From assembly GCF_006345805.1 (NCBI RefSeq), contig NC_042997.1:78120001-78184000 (forward strand): a DNA stretch of 64,000 nt, written 5' to 3'. This document shows, in pieces, positions 56,701 to 64,000 of this stretch. The notes under the pieces are model-generated. The model was not told the DNA's origin. It saw only the letters and a program-made list of their open reading frames with translations, and did not search any database. Source of the DNA: Octopus sinensis (lineage: Eukaryota). The position numbers and the translations under genes are program-made. Position 1 is the first letter of the stretch. Each line of letters opens with the position of its first letter.

Positions 56701-59258
56701 TTTCATTAACACTTCTGCTAGTTCAACATCCATTGTGTTGTCATAGTCTGGACTGGCAGAAACGGTAGAATCGAAAGGCTCAGCAAATCCAAGAAGGGAT
56801 GCGATGTGAGAATTGTCTTGGAGACTGGCAAGAATGATGTCAAGTTGCATACGCTGGCCTCTAGATAGTGTGTCCCATCTATCACTGCCTTGTGGAAGCA
56901 GGGAATGAAGTAGTTCCATCCTCTCCTTTAATGGTGGTAACAATAATGGTGCTCCAATTGATAAAGTCTCTATCACAGCCTGTTGTACTGATGGGGGGGG
57001 TGTCGATATCTAGCAGTCGAAAGAGCAGATTACGGAATGGTCGAGAATGATCTCCAAGTATTCCCTTTGAGACTCCACTAGCTTGAGCAAGGGACAGATG
57101 AGTCCCCAGAATATTCAGACACAACTGAATGAAATGACAATGATCTTGTTTGGTGGTGAAAGGCGGTGGTGGTGCAGACCCATTGACGTCATCACAATAG
57201 TGTTCAAGAAATGTATGCAGTAAGAGAAAGGTGGATTCTTGTAAGTCGACACAGAATGGCCGATTCCATGCAATAACATTCCTGTCGGTGGGTAGAGCTG
57301 TCCATGCTATACTGTGTGATGTTCCTGCTGATATCTGGTGAATACTAACTCCATCCAACCCGATAACCTTCTTTGGCTTAGAGATGGGGCTGTGAGCGTG
57401 TCCTTGGCCACACTGACCCATTGTGTTGTTGCCCCAGGCATACACCTCATTCTCATGTGTGAGAGCCAAACAATGCGTATCACCACAAGCTATATCAGCA
57501 ATGCAGGTACTCTGGAACTCTTCTATCTGTCGAGGCCGCAGTGCAGTGTACTCAGGGGAGCCACACCCTAAACATGAACCGCACCCCCACGCATACACCT
57601 GTCCAGAAGATGTCAATGCTAACGAAGACTGCGTCCCACAAACGACTTTCCGGATGTAAAACTCAGTGAAAGTTTCAATGATTTTTGGCTTATAGAGGCG
57701 ATTGGTGTCTCCATGTCCCAACTTTCCATTATCTCCGCCGCCAAACGACCAAACTGTTTTACCATCTTGGGACACAGCAATGGTGTGTGAACTGCCACAG
57801 GCTACCTGGCCGACTCCAGAAACATCTTTGATGCATGTTGGTACGTTCTTACTGTTGCTGTCACCATGTCCCAATCGTCCATAATCTCCATCACCACAGG
57901 TGTACAGTTCTCCATCTTCAGTCACAAAGGCACTATGACGATGACCAGCAGACACACACTTGACCGCTTTGCCACTCAATGGTCCTTGAATCAGTTTGGG
58001 ATATTTCTGGGACACTGTGTTTCCATGTCCAAGTTTACCGTAGTCGCCATCTCCCCAACTGAAAACCTGTCCATCTGTTGACATTGCTAAACTGTGACCA
58101 TCTGATCCTTTGGATGACGAGATCTTTTTAATTTGAGATTTCGGGTCAAAGGTCAGCTTCTTTGGGACGGCCTGGTTGCTGGAATCTCCAAGCCCCAAAC
58201 GCCCATAACTTCCTTTACCACAGGCAGCTACTGATCCTTCATTGTGGACAACAAACGTGCAAAACTGGCCAGCTTCAATCTGTTGACAATCTCCAAAAGC
58301 TGATGTTAATTTCGGAGTGGTCACCTTCTCCTGGCTGCCCGCCCCCAGCTGGTGGCTGCTATTACTGCCCCACACATACACCTCACAGTTGGCACCAAAT
58401 ACAGATGAGTTACCTTCTGTATTGCGGTTTTCATCGGGACTCATGCACGTACTTGCATAATGCACAGCCAAGTGGTAAACCTGTTCCATCAGGTACATGG
58501 CAGCATCATACAAAGAAATCAATCCATTCTCGTCTTTTGTGGGTTTTTTCTTTACAGCAAGGAACTTATCAGCGCCACCAACGGACTGAACCATCTGCTG
58601 GATTATATCCATGAAGAAATCGTAATGGATGTTTGTCGATCTCTGGGAATGGTCATCAGATTTCATGGAAGCAGCATAAGCTTGCAGGGCGACCTCCACC
58701 CACTCTAACAGATAGCGTAAAGATCCCCTCTGGGCGGCCAATGCTAACATGAGTTCAGCAGCCAGCTGTTGACCGACCAAGTTAGCACTGGACGCTGGTC
58801 CGATTGTACTCCGCAGGAAGTTGGTCACTTGATTTAAGGTCTCCATCCCGAGTGGCGTGACCTTTATCTCATTAGCAAGGGACAGTGGGGGTAGTTTGGT
58901 GACGACGTCAACGGCTGTTTGGAAGACGTCATCGCATAAGCAAACGTTGTCAATATGAGGGGCAAGGATCCAATTCTGTCTCAGTAATGAGAACAACAAA
59001 CTCAACCCGGTCTTAATGCCCATTTCAATAAGAACCTCAGAACCACATTTTGTCTTATCCCCAGCAAACTTGCCATTGTCATTTGTTTTGTCAGCATCTA
59101 ACGACGGCTCTTCAATGTTGCTTTTGTTCTGGTCATGATATTTGCTTGATACAGCCGAATAGATTCGTTGTAAAACAGCAAGTCGCTTTTGTAAAGATTT
59201 TGTAAAAGGCGAAGTCAAACATATAGTCTCTGCTAAAACTTTCTGGCAACCCAGGAGA
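53745..59258 (-). pseudogene. HERC1: Intronless HERC1 coding fragment (roughly human residues ~90-2000: N-terminal region, RCC1-like domain 1 and central region), lacking start codon, SPRY, WD40, RLD2 and HECT
   Basis: LIEMGIKTGLSLLFSLLRQNW, LPPLSLANE, LAAQRGSLRYLLEW, RCC1 repeats (GDGDYGKLGHG etc.) and LLPPLKERMELLHSLLPQG match HERC1 as I recall it. ORFs 56882-59218, 55180-56976 and 53602-55149 join into one frame after one +1 in a G8 run (56993-57000) and one in-frame TAA (55180-55182). No introns over 5.5 kb. Confidence 0.9.
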
Positions 59259-62200
59259 GAATTGATTAGTGTGGTAGTGAGGTAGGAATTGGGAATAGGT
59301 TTGGTTTGCTGTAGGTTGTTTGTTAGAGCTGCTAGGGTGAGCTAAAGCTCATAAATGTATATAATGATTTTTCATGGTAGTTTGTTAAAGAATCCATTCA
59401 TTTTAAATTTTTTTACGTAGTGTTGGTTTGCTACGTGGATATAGTTTTTAGTTCCATTTATTCTATTTCTCCATTCATAATTTAAATGACGTTTAATTTC
59501 TATGGCGCGTATTCTCTCTTTTTCTTACATAAGTTATTTTATGGTAACGTAATTTTGGTTTGGTTTTTTTAACGGCTAAGAATTTAATTTCACTTCATTA
59601 TTTGAAATTGACTTGTAGTATGTATTTTATTTATCCTTATGTCATATTGTTATTTTGATATTCTGGTTAATTACGATGTATTTAATGTTGTTTTCATAGG
59701 AGTGTTTATGTATATGAGATTGTGTGTGAGTTTTTAGTTGTATATTTTATTTATCTGTATGAGTATGGGTGTGTAAATATTGTTGTATATATCGAGTGTA
59801 GTGAGTATATATATGAGTATATGTGAGGGAGTATATGTATCTGTTGTGTGTGTGTGTGTTTTTTGTGTGTGTGTGGGTTTGTGTGTGAATGTGTATATGG
59901 GTTTGTTATTTAGGTTTTGGGATGTTTGTGTTAATTTGTCTGTGTGGGGAGGGAGTGGGTTTTGGTGTATATTGAGGTTTATAAATTAGGATAGGTATGT
60001 GTATAAGTCGTGGGTCTGTGGTTTACGAGTGTGTATTTGTGTGTGAATGTTTAGGTTTAAGGGGATTACTATATAGGTTTGTTATAGAGTTTAGCAAAGG
60101 GAGATTTTATCGTTATATGTTTTTATGAGTTTTGGTTTATCATGGTTATTTAGGGAATTCGTGGTAATTTGTCTATTTTCGATGTTGGTTGTTTTATTAC
60201 ATTGTTTCATTCATAATTTTTGAGTGGTGTTCGTTTTGCCACGTGAATAACCGGGTGGTGGACTAGCGTTGCTTGGAATTGTGAATGGAATAGTGTAGTA
60301 GTGAGGTAGGCATAGAGAATGGGTTTGGGTTACTGCAAGTTGTTTGTTAGAGCTGCTAAGGTGAGCTAAAGCTCATAGATGTATATAATGATTTTTCATG
60401 GTAGTTTTTTAAAGAATCCATTCATAATAATTTTTTTAAGTAGTGTTGGTTTGCCACGTGGATATAGTTTTTAGTTCCATTTTTCTATTTCTCCATTCAT
60501 AATTTAAATGACGTTTACTTTCCATGACGCGTATTCTTTTTTTACATAAGTTATTTCTATGGTAACGTAATTTTGGTTTGATTTTTTTAACGGCTAAGAA
60601 TTTAATTTCACTTCATAATTTGACACTGAATTGTAAGTATGTATTTTATTTATCCTTATGTCATATTGTTATTTTTGATATTCTGGTTAATTACGATGTA
60701 TTTAATGTTGTTTTCATAGGTGTGTTTATGTATATGAGATGTGTGCGAGTTTTTAGTTGTATAATTTATTTATCTGTATGAGTTGTGGGTGTGTAAATAT
60801 TGTTGTATATATCGAGTTTAGTGAGTATGTATATGCGTATATGTGAGGGAGTATATGTATCTGTTGTGTGGGTGTGCTTTGCGTGTGTGTGTGTTTGTGT
60901 GTGAATGTGTATATGGGTTTGTTATTTAGGTTTTGGGATGTATGTGTTAATTTGTCTGTATGGGAGGGAGTGGGTTTTGGTGTATATTGAGGTTTATAAG
61001 TTAGTATAGGTATGTGTATAAGTCGTGGGTCTGTGGTTTACGAGTGTGTTTTTGTGTGTGAATGTTTAGGTTAGGGAGATTGCTATATAGGTTTGTTATA
61101 GAGTTTAGCAAAGGGAGATTTATCGTTATATGTTTTTAGGAGTTTTGGTTTATCATGGTTTTTTTAGGGAATTCGTGGTAATTTGTCTATTTTCGATGTT
61201 GGTTGTTTTATTACATTGTTTCATTCATAATTTTTGAGTGGTGTTCGTTTTGCCACGTTAATAACCGGAGGTGGACTAGTGTTGTTTGGAATTGTGAATG
61301 GAATAGTGTAGTAGTGAGGTAGGCATAGAGAATGGGATTGGGTTACTGCAAGTTGTTTGTTAGTCTTTTTTACATAAGTTATTTCTATGGTAACGTAATT
61401 TTGGTTTGATTTTTTAACGGCTAAGAATTTAATTTCACTTCATAATTTGACACTGAATTGTAAGTATGTATTTTATTTACCTTTATGTCATATTGTTATT
61501 TTTGATATTCTGGTTAATTAAGATGTATTTAATGTTGTTTTCATAGGAGTGTTTATGTATATGAGATTGTGTGCGAGTTTTTAGTTGTATAATTTATTTA
61601 TCTGTATGAGTGTGGGTGCGTAAATATTGTTGTATATATTGAGTTTAGTGAGTATGTATATGCGTATATGTGAGGGAGTATATGTATCTGTTGTGTGTGT
61701 GTGTGTTTTGCGTGTGTGTGTGTTTGTGTGTGAATGTGTATATGGGTTTGTTATTTAGGTTTTGGGATGTATGAGTTAATTTGTCTGTGTGGGAGGGAGT
61801 GGGTTTTGGTGTATATGGAGGTTTATAAGTTAGTTTAGGTATGTGTATAAGTCGTGGGTCTGTGGTTTACGTGTGTGTTTGTGTGTGAATGTTTAGGTTT
61901 GGGGGATTACTATATAGGTTTGTTATAGAGTTTAGCAAAGGGAGATTTTATCGTTATATGTTTTTTAAGAGTTTTGGTTTATCATGGTTTTTTTAGGGAA
62001 TTCGTAGTAATTTGTCTTTTTTCGATGTTGGTTGTTTTATCATATTGTTTCATTCATAATTTTTGAGTGGTGTTCGTTTTTGCCACGTGAATTTTATTTT
62101 TAATTCCATTTCTTCCATTTCTCCATTCATTAATTTAGAGATGTTCGTTTCCAGAGCGGTTATACTTTTTATATATATGTTAAGTTCCTTGGTAAGTAAT

Positions 62201-63425
62201 TTTGTTTGGTGTATATGTTGAGGCTTATATGTACTTGTGGGTGTGTGTGAGTGGGGTGGGAGTTTGTATTTGTTATGGGTGTGTGGTTTACGAGTGGTTT
62301 TGTGTGTGAATGTATTGGTTAAAGGAATTGATATATAAGTATGTTTTAGTGTTTAGTAAAGGGAGGTTTTATCATTTCTGTTTTGTGAGTTTTAGCTTAT
62401 CATGGTAGTTTTATAAAAGAATCCATTCATAATTTTTGTGTTTATTTGTCTGTGTGGGGTTGAGTGGGTTTTGGAGTATATGTTGAGGTTTATATGTATG
62501 TATTGGTATGTGTAAGTGGTGTGGGTATTTGTATATGTCGTGGGTGTGTAGTTTACGTGTGTGTATTTGTGTGTGAATGTTTAGGTTAGGGGGATTGCTA
62601 TATAGGTTTGTTATAGAGTTTAGTAAAGGGAGATTTTATCATTATATGTTTTTATGAGTTTTGGTTATCATGGTAGGTTTGATAAGGAATTTGTAGTAAT
62701 TTGTGTCTATTTGCGATGTCTGTTGTTTTATTGCATTGTTTCATTCATAATTTTTAAGTAGTGTTCGTTTTACCAAGTGAATATAATTTTTAATTCCATT
62801 TATTCTATTTCTCCGTTCATAGTTTTGAGTGATGTCCATTTTCTAGAGTGTGAATATGGGTTGTATGTGTGTGTGTGTGGGAGTATGAATAAGTATTGTG
62901 TTGAAGTATTTAGCTATTTTATTTATTTATAGTTGCCTAGACATTTTTATGTGTATGTATAGGGATATATATATAGGTGTGTGATTTAGTGTATGTAGTT
63001 AGATATGGTTATATATAATTAGGTATATGCGTATGGGTGTATATATAGTTTAATATTATATTATTATTATTTTTTTTGTTTTGTTTTATATTTTATATTT
63101 TATATTTTATATTTTATATTTTATATTTAATTGTTGATAGGTTTTTTTAGTTTATATATTGTTTATATATTGATTATATATGGATTATAGATAGGTTATA
63201 TATGGATTATATACTTATATTTTTTCATTCATACTTTAATTATTTTAAAATTATTTTATTTTTTAAAATATTGATTTTTTAGATTGGAAGTCCACCTGAA
63301 GATTGCCGATCAAGACAAGAAACGATTGTAGTGGCGGTTTTTTTGACTATTTATTAAAATTTATGTATTGATTAAGTCTTTCCTTGTTTGTTTTGCAAAA
63401 TAGTGGTTTTGTCTCGAATAATATT
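59259..63425 (+). repeat. Right arm of the ~4.17-kb inverted repeat
   Basis: Reverse complement of 49127-53292 with scattered single-base differences. Confidence 0.95.
63292..63334 (+). ncRNA. Minimal type I hammerhead ribozyme motif (second copy)
   Basis: CCAC-CTGAAGA-TTGCC(GATCAA)GACAA-GAAA-C(GATT)G-TA-GTGG; a T>C change at 63306 creates one mismatch in stem II. Confidence 0.75.
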
Positions 63426-63427
63426 GT

Positions 63428-63476
<49 letters not shown>

Positions 63477-63603
63477 CGACAGGCTTCTTTCAGTTTCCAT
63501 CTACCAAATCCACACGCAAAGCTTTGGTCGGCCCGTGGCTATAGTAGAAGACACCCAATATAGTTGGGAAGCAAGCTTCTTTCCACACAGCCACGCCTCT
63601 GCC

Positions 63604-63604
<1 letters not shown>
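63426..63604 (-). mobile_element. Right half of the split SINE
   Basis: (TA)n, then TACGAC.GGCTTCTTTCAGTTTCC.TCTACCAAATCCAC...GCTATAGTAGAAGACAC...CCACACAGCCAC. This segment follows the (TA)n tract in intact copies. Confidence 0.85.
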
Positions 63605-63635
<31 letters not shown>

Positions 63636-63644
63636 CATGTATTC

Positions 63645-63850
63645 TTTTATTCTTTTATTTGTTTCAGACATTTGACTGCGGCCATGCTAGAGCACCGCCT
63701 TTAGTCGAACAAATCGACCCCAGGACATATTCTTTGTAAGCCTAGTACTTATTCTATCGGTATCTTATGCCGGACCGGTAAGTTACGGGGATGTAAACAC
63801 ACCAACATCAGTTGTCAAGTGATGCTGGAGGTACAAATACAAACACACAA

Positions 63851-63911
<61 letters not shown>

Positions 63912-64000
63912 CTACGGGCTTCTTTCAGTTTCCGTCTACCAATCCACTCACAAGGCTTTGGTCAGCCCGAGACTATAGTAGAAAACACTTGCCCAGTGTG
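63645..64000 (-). mobile_element. tRNA-derived SINE, reverse orientation, running off the window end
   Basis: Colinear with 42648-43045. Confidence 0.85.

Noticed and set aside
53730-58708. Plus-strand ORFs overlapping HERC1
   Set aside because: They are antisense shadows of a real coding frame, with no recognisable motifs.
53602-59218. Functional HERC1 gene, or three separate genes
   Set aside because: The three ORFs are consecutive pieces of one frame, with no ATG-bearing N-terminus and no SPRY, WD40, RLD2 or HECT. The last ~47 codons of ORF 53602-55149 are read-through into the hairpin block.
49127-63425. Arms as TIRs of a large DNA transposon (Maverick/Polinton, Mutator/Pack-MULE, foldback)
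   Set aside because: There is no transposase, integrase or polymerase, the ends are unequal, hammerhead motifs are present and the cargo is spliced cDNA. A foldback-type element cannot be fully excluded without a genome-wide search.
49127-63425. Palindromic assembly artefact
   Set aside because: The centre is 6 kb of unique non-mirrored sequence, the arms differ by substitutions and length, and the flanks are two halves of one SINE. Read-level confirmation is still needed.

Overview
AT-rich, microsatellite-dense metazoan genomic DNA. The repeat content suggests an octopus or other cephalopod (inference). Most of the window is decayed transposable elements: L1/Tx1-like LINEs, a head-to-tail run of about seven R4/Dong-type LINE copies separated by (AAT)n-type tracts, a Penelope-like element (RT + GIY-YIG), CR1 and RTE fragments, two mariner elements and several tRNA-derived SINEs. 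One clean 270-nt exon of an unidentified host gene lies on the minus strand at 14189-14458. The outstanding structure is a ~14.4-kb composite insertion at ~49043-63425. Two ~4.17-kb, nearly identical, non-coding inverted arms each carry a minimal type I hammerhead-ribozyme motif near the outer end. They enclose a ~5.5-kb intronless, doubly truncated HERC1 coding fragment plus a ~300-nt block of stacked hairpins. The whole unit sits in the (TA)n tract of one SINE, whose two halves flank it. I interpret it as a Penelope-like (PLE) non-autonomous retroelement that captured a spliced host mRNA segment. Boundaries of decayed elements are approximate (about +/-50 bp). All alignments and folds were done by eye; no database search or folding program was run.
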